A stretch of 38,451 nucleotides of DNA, taken from assembly GCA_021205485.1 (NCBI GenBank), contig JAJPXK010000128.1, positions 1 through 38,451 of the forward strand, read 5' to 3'. Every line of letters starts with the position of its first letter. Position 1 is the stretch's first letter. A model generated the notes under the pieces. The model saw only the letters and a list, made by a program, of their open reading frames with translations. It did no database searches and was not told the DNA's origin. The translations under genes were made by a program, and so were the position numbers. Of this stretch, positions 1 through 7,675 are shown in pieces. The DNA comes from Clostridia bacterium (GTDB taxonomy: Bacteria > Bacillota > Clostridia > Christensenellales > Borkfalkiaceae).

Positions 1-40
1 GTATAATATTTATAAATAAAATAAAAAAGGAGTTTTTAAA

Positions 41-532
41 ATGAAACTTTTAAAAAAGATTTTGCTGCCCGCGCTCGCGGCGGTAACGGCGGCAGCTTGC
101 GTTGCCCTTGCTGCCTGCGGCGAGACAAACCCCGACGCCAACCTTACCGAAGACCAATACGTTGTTTATGTTTATCTTGACGACGGCGAAACTCCCGTTA
201 AAGGAGTAGTTTTTAATTTATGCTACAATACAAACAGTACGCAAAGTACCTGTTCGATAAACTCATACACCACCGACAGCGACGGCAGAGTGCTTTTTGA
301 TATGACTGAAATAACCTATGTGGATTCGCCTGTAATACACATTAAGACGACAACCGATACTGACGCCGAACCCGATGAAAACGGCGACTATCCCGTTGTT
401 TATCAAGGCATTCCCGACGGCTACGGCCTGCCCGCAAATGCGTCAAAGCAAACTCTCAACGGCAACGCCTCTTACGACGACGCATGGACTTTGACCGAAC
501 AGGTAACCACGCTTGTACTTACAAAATCTTAA
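41..532 (+). CDS. Small secreted lipoprotein with a prealbumin/carboxypeptidase-regulatory-like beta-sandwich signature
   Basis: AGGAG RBS at 29-33. Signal peptide ends in the lipobox LAAC (MKLLKKILLPALAAVTAAACVALAACGE). The motif YVVYVYLDDGETPVKGVVFNL...TTDSDGRVLF is typical of that fold. A strong hairpin follows the stop. Confidence 0.7.
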   Translation: MKLLKKILLPALAAVTAAACVALAACGETNPDANLTEDQYVVYVYLDDGETPVKGVVFNLCYNTNSTQSTCSINSYTTDSDGRVLFDMTEITYVDSPVIHIKTTTDTDAEPDENGDYPVVYQGIPDGYGLPANASKQTLNGNASYDDAWTLTEQVTTLVLTKS

Positions 533-544
533 AAAATACAATTT

Positions 545-577
545 AAAAGCCTTCCTTGTTATTTAAGGAAGGCTTTT
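545..577. terminator. Bidirectional intrinsic terminator between convergent genes
   Basis: Perfect 13-bp stem: aaaagccttcctt (545-557) pairs with aaggaaggctttt (565-577), with a 7-nt loop. An A-tract on one arm and a T-tract on the other give a U-tail in either direction. Confidence 0.65.
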
Positions 578-589
578 ATTATGCCTTTG

Positions 590-2767
590 TTACATCGCTA
601 AAATTTTGTCCACTTCTTCGTAAAGGCTTTCCTTAGACATAGAGCCTTCGGTCATATACTGAATAACACCGTCGCTGTCAAGTATGGCCGTTATAGGGTA
701 GCCGTTTGAGCCGCCAAGCTCAAGGAAGTACTGCGTATCTTCGGTATCTATCGTCCACGTAACCGATTCATAGAAGTCAGTCCATTTTTTATCTTTTGTT
801 ATATAATCCTCTATATAGTAATTGCCCGATTTCTTTACGGTAAGGGCTTCGTTGCGGTACGAGTCATTGCCCGCGTGTATAACCACCACCGAAACCTTGT
901 CGGAATAATTTTCGTCTGTAGCCAGTTCGCCGAAGTGAGGCAACTCCTCCTCGCAGCCGCTGCAGCCTATATACCAGAAATTAAGTATAACTATTTTGCC
1001 GTCGTCCAGATCGTCCTGAAGCGTATATGTATCGTCATCTTCGCCGAAAAACTTCTGCGAAGTAAAATCGTGATATTGTTCGCCTACAGAATAAACATAT
1101 TCGGCCTCTACGTCCTCTGCGATAAAGTTATAGTAAACCAGTGCCGCCGCGAGGACTATCAGGGCGAGTATCCATGCGCATATCTCCAGAACCTTGTTGC
1201 GTTTCTTCTGATAAGCAATAGTCTTATGATATGCCTTCTTTTTGGCCTTGATTTCGGCCTTTGACGGCGTTAAAGCCATTTCTTCGTCTGTTCGTCCGTC
1301 CGCCGCGATTTCAGCCGTCACAGCCTCGTTTTCGGCGTCAGCATTTGTTTCAGATTCAGGTTCGCCGAATATAGAGAGCTGTTCGTCTCCGTTGTCGGCA
1401 GTTTCCGAAGCGGAGTCTTCCGCGAAAGCCTGTCCGTCCGCCGCGACATATTCACCTTTGCCCTTTGACAAGGTAAGGGCGAACGTACCGTCCTTCCTCT
1501 GCAGATATATCATAGCGGCGCGGTCCTTTGCGGCCTCCTGCACATACTGCAGGGCGAACGCGCGGTTGATAAACTTTTTATTTCCGCCGGCGAATCTTAC
1601 CTGCCATACGCCGTTTTTATTGAATACATAAAATATCCTTATACGGCTGTCTGCCTCGGCCTCAACGTTTGGATGTTCGGCAGCTTCCGCAGTTTGTACA
1701 TTCAAAACCGCCTTATCTGCCGCGGCATTTTCTTTAGCCGTATTTTCTGTTGCTACATTTTCAGAAGTTACGTTTGCGTTGCCGCCCGCAGCGATGGCGA
1801 TCGTTCCGCCGTTTGCCGTACTGCTTGCGAGAAGGGAGGCAAGCGCCACCTTTTCGCCCGAAGCGTCCTCTCCTCCTTCTTCTATTGCGTTAGGATGAAG
1901 GAATATCTTGCTGCCCTTCCAGCTTATGGCGTGCGTAGGGCAGACCTTTAAGCAGTCGCCGCAGTTTATGCACTCATGGTCGCCTACGTGTTTTATATCC
2001 ATTTTACAGGTCTGTATGCACAGCCCGCAATCCACGCATTTTTGCTTGTCGAGCTTTATGCCTATCATCGCCACGCGGCAGAAAAAGCTGTATATGGCGC
2101 CGAGCGGACAAATAAAACGGCAGAAAAGCCTGTAAATAAATATACAGCCCGTTACGATAAGAACCATCAGGCAGAACTTCCACACAAACACGGCGCCGAG
2201 CATCTCCCATGTGGTAGAGGCCGTAGAAGGGTTGGCGAGCAGAGATATCGCCCCCTCTATAACGCCGAACGGGCAAAGATATTTGCAAAACGCCGGTACT
2301 GTAGTTGAATAAGCTATAGGTATTAAAATGACAAAGGCTACTAAAATTACATATTTTAAATACGAAAGCACCCTTGTAACTTTATTCTTTTTAAGCTTAG
2401 GCGATTTTATCTTATAAAGCAGGTCCTGCAACAGCCCGAAAGGGCATAAAAAACCGCAGATGGTCCTGCCTAAAATAAGGCCGAATAAAATAAGTATGCC
2501 TAATACATAAAACGGGGCCCTGGTATCTGAATTGGCGAGGGCGTTTTGCAGAGAGCCGAGCGGACACGAACCTACAGCCCCGGGGCAGGAATAACAGTTA
2601 AACCCTGGCACGCAGACATACTTTGAATTTCCCTTATATATGTTGCCGGATACAAACCCCTTGATATTTGCGTTATACAAAAGGGCGGCGTATACCTGTA
2701 TAAGTCTTCTCTTGGTAGGCTTGTGCCTTACAAACCAATCTTTTATTTTACCGAAAAACTTTTTCAT
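590..2767 (-). CDS. Fusion protein: NapH/COG0348-like polyferredoxin membrane domain, 2x[4Fe-4S] ferredoxin motif, DUF2188-like domain, TM anchor, TlpA/ResA-like thioredoxin domain
   Basis: The N-terminal half has CxxCP-type motifs (FNCYSCPGAVGSCPLG, FLCPFG, YLCPFG, FICPLG) in TM segments. A ferredoxin dicluster follows: CVDCGLCIQTC...CINCGDCLKVCP (res 244-277). An A/E/N-rich linker leads to VFNKNGVWQVRFAGGNKKF...EAAKDRAAMIYLQRKDGTF (res ~375-432). A TM helix (res ~527-549) precedes the motif ILNFWYIGCSGCEEELPHF, whose CSGC is encoded at 953-964. The ATG lies 1 nt after the upstream gene's stop. Confidence 0.8.
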   Translation of the reverse strand: MKKFFGKIKDWFVRHKPTKRRLIQVYAALLYNANIKGFVSGNIYKGNSKYVCVPGFNCYSCPGAVGSCPLGSLQNALANSDTRAPFYVLGILILFGLILGRTICGFLCPFGLLQDLLYKIKSPKLKKNKVTRVLSYLKYVILVAFVILIPIAYSTTVPAFCKYLCPFGVIEGAISLLANPSTASTTWEMLGAVFVWKFCLMVLIVTGCIFIYRLFCRFICPLGAIYSFFCRVAMIGIKLDKQKCVDCGLCIQTCKMDIKHVGDHECINCGDCLKVCPTHAISWKGSKIFLHPNAIEEGGEDASGEKVALASLLASSTANGGTIAIAAGGNANVTSENVATENTAKENAAADKAVLNVQTAEAAEHPNVEAEADSRIRIFYVFNKNGVWQVRFAGGNKKFINRAFALQYVQEAAKDRAAMIYLQRKDGTFALTLSKGKGEYVAADGQAFAEDSASETADNGDEQLSIFGEPESETNADAENEAVTAEIAADGRTDEEMALTPSKAEIKAKKKAYHKTIAYQKKRNKVLEICAWILALIVLAAALVYYNFIAEDVEAEYVYSVGEQYHDFTSQKFFGEDDDTYTLQDDLDDGKIVILNFWYIGCSGCEEELPHFGELATDENYSDKVSVVVIHAGNDSYRNEALTVKKSGNYYIEDYITKDKKWTDFYESVTWTIDTEDTQYFLELGGSNGYPITAILDSDGVIQYMTEGSMSKESLYEEVDKILAM

Positions 2768-2768
2768 A

Positions 2769-3599
2769 TTACGTCAACCCTATACATTCATAGCAAAGCG
2801 CCGCGGCCTTCTGAAAAACGCCTTCCGCGCCCCCGTTTGATACGCCTAAAATTATGAAAACCACCGCGACGACAAACAAAACGGTGCGTACTATCCACAA
2901 AGTAATGTCGCTTTCTGCGGCTGCGACCGCGGAATAATACATGCGTTGCAGCTTGTTATAAGAAGGGTCAACCTTTCTGCCGAGGGCCACCAGTCTTTTA
3001 ACGTGCGGAAGCTGCTGCTTCGCGCCCCAGCCCTCATAAATTACGGCGCCTATGCAGAGGGCGAAAGCGCTGATAACGTACGGAGAAATTTTTATAACGC
3101 AGGCGATAATCAGGCTGTTGCTGTCATTTTCGTCTGCGACGTTAAAATTATCCGCGTCCAGAAGATACGAAAGTCCCGCAATGGCAAATATAGCGCAAAA
3201 GGCCGCAACAACGCCCCACAATATCTTTAAAACGCGGGTGTATTCGGCCACCTTCGCGGCGTCCTCCAAAAGGTCGCCCTCGGCCTTTACGGGAAGCTTC
3301 TTTTTTAAGCGGTATAAAGAATATCTTACGTCCTGCCCGTACTTCTTTTTGCCCTTCGGGGGGAAAACTTCATACAGCACAAGGCCTATCAGAACGGCGG
3401 CAATCCACAGCCAGATTATAACCGAAATTTCGCCAAGGCGTTCGGCTGCTACGGCCCGCGTAAAGTTGCCTTTGCCGCCGCCTCCGCCGAAGTATATGTC
3501 GCACGCCTCGTATATAAACGAGGCCGCCAGAGCCGCGGTGATAAGGCTGAATATTATATTATATATAAGGCGGATGACGCGCCCTGCCTTTTCGGCCAT
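2769..3599 (-). CDS. Polytopic membrane protein (about 5 TM) with a C-terminal CxxC motif, function unknown
   Basis: GGAGAG RBS upstream of the ATG at 3599. Five hydrophobic segments. The C-terminus is ...AAALCYECIGLT, with CYEC encoded at 2784-2795. The stop is 1 nt from the start of the polyferredoxin-thioredoxin gene, suggesting translational coupling. Confidence 0.6.
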   Translation of the reverse strand: MAEKAGRVIRLIYNIIFSLITAALAASFIYEACDIYFGGGGGKGNFTRAVAAERLGEISVIIWLWIAAVLIGLVLYEVFPPKGKKKYGQDVRYSLYRLKKKLPVKAEGDLLEDAAKVAEYTRVLKILWGVVAAFCAIFAIAGLSYLLDADNFNVADENDSNSLIIACVIKISPYVISAFALCIGAVIYEGWGAKQQLPHVKRLVALGRKVDPSYNKLQRMYYSAVAAAESDITLWIVRTVLFVVAVVFIILGVSNGGAEGVFQKAAALCYECIGLT

Positions 3600-3728
3600 T
3601 TTTCACTCTCCGTTCAATAAATTATAATAGAATTATTATACCAACACACGGCCGAATAGTCAAGAAATTTATTATAAAGGTAATTTATAAGGGATATTTA
3701 ATATATTCAGCATAGTTTACGCGTTTGC

Positions 3729-3757
3729 TTGACCTTTTGATAAAAAAACTTTATTAT
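3729..3757 (+). promoter_or_regulatory. Candidate sigma-A promoter for the cysteine desulfidase gene
   Basis: TTGACC (3729-3734), a 17-nt spacer, then TATTAT (3752-3757) in an AT-rich divergent intergenic region. AAGGA RBS precedes the ATG at 3791. Confidence 0.4.
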
Positions 3758-3790
3758 AAATATAGTTAATACATAAGGATTGCATAAGAT

Positions 3791-5056
3791 ATGGAAAAGT
3801 CCGTCTACGACAAATACACCGCGATTTTAAAAGCCGAACTTCTGCCCGCGATGGGCTGCACCGAACCTATCGCGGTGGCGTACGCCGCCGCCCTGGCGAG
3901 GGCTACCCTTGAAGCTATACCCGAAAAGGTTGAAATATGCGTCAGCGGCAATATACTTAAAAACGTAAAGAGCGTAATAGTGCCTAACACAGGCGGCATG
4001 AGGGGCGTGGTAAGCGCCGCCGCCGCGGGCATTGTAGCGGGCGACGAAACAAAGCGGCTGCAGGTGCTTTCTGCCGTTGCGGAAAGCCAATATAAAGATA
4101 TAGAAAATTACATAAAAAACGCCGAATTTACGGTAATCAAGTCAAATTCGGGCTGTATCTTCGATATAGGCGTGACCGTTTGCAATAAAGAACACAGCGC
4201 GTACGTCCGCATAGCCGAAAGGCACACCAACGTTGTTCACGTAGAAAAGGACGGCCAGGCCATTATAGACAAATCCGCGGGCGAAGGCAAAGACGAAAAC
4301 AAGTCGGCGATGTCGGTCAAGGAAATAGTTGAATACGCCGACACCGTGGATATAAAGGAAATCGAAGAGGTTGTTTCCAGGCAGATAGAGTATAACTCAG
4401 CGATATCCGCCGAGGGTCTTAAAAACGACTACGGCGCCAGGATAGGCAAAATACTGCTGGCGAGCTTCGGCGACGGCGTTCACAACAAAGCCAAAGCCGC
4501 CGCGGCGGCGGGAAGCGACGCGAGAATGAACGGCTGCTCTCTGCCCGTAGTTATAGTATCGGGAAGCGGCAACCAGGGGATAACGGCCTCTATGCCCGTA
4601 ATTGTTTACGCCGAAAGCCTTGGCTCTTCAAGGGAACAGCTTTTGCGGGCGGTGGCCCTCTCTGACCTTGTAACAGTACATTTAAAGTCGGATATAGGGA
4701 GCCTTTCGGCCTACTGCGGAGCTGTAAGCGCGGGCTGCGGGGCCGCCGCGGGAATCTGCTATCTGCACGGCGGAAGGTATGACGAGATTGCGCATACCCT
4801 TGTGAACGCACTCGCCATAGATTCGGGCGTAATATGCGACGGGGCGAAATCGAGCTGCGCCGCGAAGATAGCATCCAGCGTGGAAGCGGGGCTTTTAGGC
4901 TTTGAAATGTATCGCAACGGCAGCCAGTTTTACGGCGGCGACGGCATTTTGGAAAAAGGCGTGGAGAATACCATACACAACGTAGGCGACCTCGCCCGCA
5001 TCGGCATGCGCGAAACCGACGAAGAAATTATAAAGATAATGATTAAGAATATATAA
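3791..5056 (+). CDS. yhaM: UPF0597/YhaM (CyuA)-family L-cysteine desulfidase (serine dehydratase alpha-like)
   Basis: Family hallmarks are present in order: LPAMGCTEPIAVAYAAA, GSDARMNG, VSGSGNQGITASMP, ICDGAKSSCAAK. The length (421 aa) is typical. Confidence 0.88.
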   Translation: MEKSVYDKYTAILKAELLPAMGCTEPIAVAYAAALARATLEAIPEKVEICVSGNILKNVKSVIVPNTGGMRGVVSAAAAGIVAGDETKRLQVLSAVAESQYKDIENYIKNAEFTVIKSNSGCIFDIGVTVCNKEHSAYVRIAERHTNVVHVEKDGQAIIDKSAGEGKDENKSAMSVKEIVEYADTVDIKEIEEVVSRQIEYNSAISAEGLKNDYGARIGKILLASFGDGVHNKAKAAAAAGSDARMNGCSLPVVIVSGSGNQGITASMPVIVYAESLGSSREQLLRAVALSDLVTVHLKSDIGSLSAYCGAVSAGCGAAAGICYLHGGRYDEIAHTLVNALAIDSGVICDGAKSSCAAKIASSVEAGLLGFEMYRNGSQFYGGDGILEKGVENTIHNVGDLARIGMRETDEEIIKIMIKNI

Positions 5057-5086
5057 GACGCGGCAAGGCGAATCTGAAAATTACGA

Positions 5087-5215
5087 GCCTCGCCCCTCAA
5101 GGGGAAGGCAAGGGAGTGTCGCCCTGCTGTGCCGGTCGCCCGTTCGGGCGAGGTCCTTCGACTACGCTCAGGACGACATACTACTACGTCATTGCGAGCG
5201 TAGCGTGGCAATGAC
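5087..5215. repeat. Mosaic of short GC-rich hairpin repeat units (one family-3 unit, two family-1 units in opposite orientations)
   Basis: gcctcgcccctcaaggggaaggcaaggg (5087-5114) recurs at 11388-11410 and 37529-37560. The reverse complement of 5153-5177 is gtcgtcctgagcgtagtcgaaggac. 5188-5215 is gtcattgcgagcgtagcgtggcaatgac, and its first 25 nt are identical to 11414-11438. Confidence 0.8.
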
Positions 5216-5267
5216 ATTTACTTTTCGGCCGTTTACTCTTTCGTCTTCAGCAGAAACCAGATAACCT

Positions 5268-5308
5268 GAAAAGCCCGTGCATAACAATGCGCGGGCTTCA
5301 GATTTTTT
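5268..5308. terminator. Intrinsic terminator shared by the convergent yhaM and DUF1292 genes
   Basis: Stem aaagcccgtgc / gcgcgggcttc (one G-U pair) with an 8-nt loop. T6 follows on the + strand (5303-5308) and TTTT follows on the - strand. Confidence 0.6.
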
Positions 5309-5349
5309 ACACAGATTAATTCAGTTCGTCCTCTTCCGAAACGTAAAAG

Positions 5350-5634
5350 TCAAAAACTTCCTGCAAAAGATTCTCGTCCTCTATAGGCTTCCTTTTCGTT
5401 GAGGCGGAAAATGACAACCTCGTCGTCGGCAACCTCGTCGTTAGGCTCCGCCGCGAGAAGCAGGGTATACTTCTCCCCTTTGTACTCGGTGACGTCCAAA
5501 AGCCTGAACTTTACAACGTTGTTCTGTTCGTCGATAAGCTCTATTATCTGGTCTTCATCCTCGTCAAGAGTATCTTCCATATCCTCATCCTCGGGATCTT
5601 CGGGGATGCCGTCCAATATTTCTTCGTCGCTCAC
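5350..5634 (-). CDS. DUF1292 (UPF0473) family protein
   Basis: Acidic N-terminus, then IELIDEQNNVVKFRLLDVTEYKGEKYTLLLAAEP...VVIFRL, typical of DUF1292. GTG start with GGAGG RBS 6 nt upstream. It sits in the conserved position directly downstream of ruvX. Confidence 0.8.
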   Translation of the reverse strand: MSDEEILDGIPEDPEDEDMEDTLDEDEDQIIELIDEQNNVVKFRLLDVTEYKGEKYTLLLAAEPNDEVADDEVVIFRLNEKEAYRGRESFAGSF

Positions 5635-5658
5635 AATAAACCTCCTATACTGTATAAT

Positions 5659-6075
5659 CTAATTTTTCAGCGAGGACAGATAGCCGTCTAAAATGCTCGC
5701 GGCGGCCAAAGCGTCCACATAATTTTTATGCTGTCTGGAATTTTTGCCCGAGGCGTAAAGCTCCTCGTGCGCCACGGCCGAAGTATACCGCTCGTCCGCG
5801 GTAAATACGGGCAAATCGGCGGCTTCGGTAAGTTTTTGAATAAAAAACCTCGTCTTTTCGGTCTGCTGAGATTCGCTGCCGTCGGCGTTTAAAGGCAGGC
5901 CGCAAACTATGGCCGTAGCCCCCTTTTCTTTGGCTATTGCCAAAAGGGCGGGTATATCGGCGCTAAGCCCCTTCCGCCAGTACGTCTGCGAGGGCAAAGC
6001 GTAACTGTTGAACGGGTCTGAAACCGCCACCCCTATCCTTCTGTCGCCTATATCAAAGGCTATATATCTCGCCAT
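5659..6075 (-). CDS. ruvX: Holliday junction resolvase-like nuclease RuvX (YqgF family)
   Basis: MARYIAFDIGDRRIGVAVSDP...GLPLNADGSESQQTEKTRFF...ERYTS matches the YqgF family. I chose the ATG at 6075 (GGAGGG RBS) rather than the ORF-track start at 6165, which lies upstream of the predicted promoter. Confidence 0.9.
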   Translation of the reverse strand: MARYIAFDIGDRRIGVAVSDPFNSYALPSQTYWRKGLSADIPALLAIAKEKGATAIVCGLPLNADGSESQQTEKTRFFIQKLTEAADLPVFTADERYTSAVAHEELYASGKNSRQHKNYVDALAAASILDGYLSSLKN

Positions 6076-6102
6076 CGCGCCCTCCGCATAAAAATCACAA
6101 GC

Positions 6103-6131
6103 ATTATAACATAAAAAAAAGCATATTTCAA
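6103..6131 (-). promoter_or_regulatory. Sigma-A promoter with extended -10 for ruvX
   Basis: The minus strand reads TTGAAA (6131-6126), a 17-nt spacer ending in TGT, then TATAAT (6108-6103). This gives TGnTATAAT about 28 nt upstream of the ruvX ATG. Confidence 0.55.
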
Positions 6132-6198
6132 GCTCTGAAAACGCCTGAACGGCAAAATAAAGCAAACATTTAAGGGAATATAATCCAATTATGAAAAT

Positions 6199-6220
6199 AA
6201 TCCCCGCTTTTGCGGGGATT
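6199..6220 (-). terminator. Intrinsic terminator ending the ABC-transporter block
   Basis: aatccccgc tttt gcggggatt forms a 9-bp stem. On the minus strand ATTTTCATAATT follows it. It lies 12 nt after the stop at 6232. Confidence 0.6.
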
Positions 6221-6231
6221 TTCGGCTATAT

Positions 6232-6474
6232 TTACGGTTTGAGCCATATATAGGCCAAAAGAAACATCAGAAGCCCTACGACGATTATTATCCCTATTAC
6301 GGGGGCGAACGCCGCGAAGGCGCCGAGCATCATCTTGCGCTGTTCCTTTTTGCTTATCTTTTCTTGCTTGTCTTTATCCTTGCGGTGAGGGTTATACCAC
6401 CGCATGCCCTCTACGTTCATATCGGCGAACGTGGTTTCGGTGTCAAGCTCGTCGTCTTTACGCTTTCGCCGCAT
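6232..6474 (-). CDS. Small single-pass membrane protein with a polybasic/acidic N-terminal tail
   Basis: The ATG at 6474 has an AGGGGA RBS 5 nt upstream. The ORF-track start at 6510 is a TTG without a clear RBS. The C-terminal TM segment is LGAFAAFAPVIGIIIVVGLLMFLLAYIW. The gene overlaps the end of the upstream ATPase gene by 17 nt. Confidence 0.5.
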   Translation of the reverse strand: MRRKRKDDELDTETTFADMNVEGMRWYNPHRKDKDKQEKISKKEQRKMMLGAFAAFAPVIGIIIVVGLLMFLLAYIWLKP

Positions 6475-7675
6475 CGGTGTCCCCTGCTTTGTTCTCTTTT
6501 TCCGCCGCAAGCTTTAAAGCGGCTTCGGCCTGCTCCTTTTCAAGGCGGGCGTATTCCGCGTTCTCTTCCTCGGTATTGTAGAGGTGGCAGGCGCAGAAGT
6601 GCCCCTCCTCCACTTCCTTATATACGGGATCGAACTTGGAGCATATATCCATACAGCTTTCGCAGCGGGTATGGAATTTACAGCCCTTAGGAGGATTTAC
6701 AGGCGAGGGTATGTCGCCCTTTAAGATGATTCTGTTCATCTTTACGTGAGGGTTAGGCACGGGTACGGCGGAGAACAGGGCCTTGGTATAAGGGTGAAGG
6801 GTATTGTCAAAAATCCTCTCCTTAGAGCCGTATTCTACCATACTGCCGAGGTACATAACGCCTACGTCGTCGGATATGTGCTTTACAACCGACAGATCGT
6901 GCGAAATAAAGACATAAGTAAGCCCGAGCTCTTCCTGAAGCTCTTTAAGCATATTTATAATCTGCGCCTGGATAGAGACGTCCAGCGCGGAGACGGGCTC
7001 GTCGCAGATAACCAGTTCGGGCTTTAACGCGAGCGCCCTGGCTATACATATACGCTGCCTCTGCCCGCCCGAAAATTCATGAGGGTAACGCCCGTAATAA
7101 TGCGACTGCAGGCCGCACATCTTCATTACGTTTAAGACGTATTCCTGGTAATTTTCTTTGGTGCAAAGCTTATGGTGCAGGGCCGCCTCGCCTATTATCG
7201 CGCCTACCGTAAGACGGGGGGATAAACTTGCGTAAGGGTCCTGGAAAATCATCTGCATATTAGGGCGGAGTTTGTTGAATTCGCCCTCTGAAAGGGCGGA
7301 AACTTTTTGCCCTTTAAACCATACATCGCCGCCTGTGATGTCGTAAAGGCGTAAAACCGTTCTGCCCATAGTGGTTTTGCCGCATCCGCTTTCGCCTACT
7401 ATGCCAAGAGTCTTGCCCTTTTTTACTTTAAACGAAACGCCGTCCACCGCCTTTAAAAAAGCCGTAGGCTTGCCTAAAAGGTTTTTGTCCGTAACGAAAT
7501 ATTTTTTTAAATCCACAACCTCTAACAGGGGATCTGTCTCGGGGTCGTAAGGGCGGGTTTCGTACACCTGCCCCTTGCGGGTTTTTACCGTTTTTTCAGG
7601 CTTTTCTTCGGATATAACCCCGCCCGCGGGAGTTCCGGCGGTTTCATCGGTTAAGTTTTTAACTGTTTCTTCCAT
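6458..7675 (-). CDS. Opp/Dpp-type peptide ABC transporter ATP-binding protein (OppF-like) with N- and C-terminal extensions
   Basis: Walker A GESGCGKTT, signature FSGGQRQR, Walker B LVICDEPVSALD. The oligopeptide C-terminal domain with Cys motifs is present (CKFHTRC..C...C). GAGGAG RBS. The gene overlaps the upstream ATPase gene by 17 nt. Confidence 0.9.
   Translation of the reverse strand: MEETVKNLTDETAGTPAGGVISEEKPEKTVKTRKGQVYETRPYDPETDPLLEVVDLKKYFVTDKNLLGKPTAFLKAVDGVSFKVKKGKTLGIVGESGCGKTTMGRTVLRLYDITGGDVWFKGQKVSALSEGEFNKLRPNMQMIFQDPYASLSPRLTVGAIIGEAALHHKLCTKENYQEYVLNVMKMCGLQSHYYGRYPHEFSGGQRQRICIARALALKPELVICDEPVSALDVSIQAQIINMLKELQEELGLTYVFISHDLSVVKHISDDVGVMYLGSMVEYGSKERIFDNTLHPYTKALFSAVPVPNPHVKMNRIILKGDIPSPVNPPKGCKFHTRCESCMDICSKFDPVYKEVEEGHFCACHLYNTEEENAEYARLEKEQAEAALKLAAEKENKAGDTDAAKA

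Noticed and set aside
4930-5217. 95-aa minus-strand ORF spanning the yhaM 3' end and the downstream repeat mosaic.
   Set aside because: It overlaps the yhaM coding end, and the rest is translated hairpin repeats (SLPRYARNDVVV..., PERSRRTSPERA). The same peptide strings recur wherever the repeats occur.
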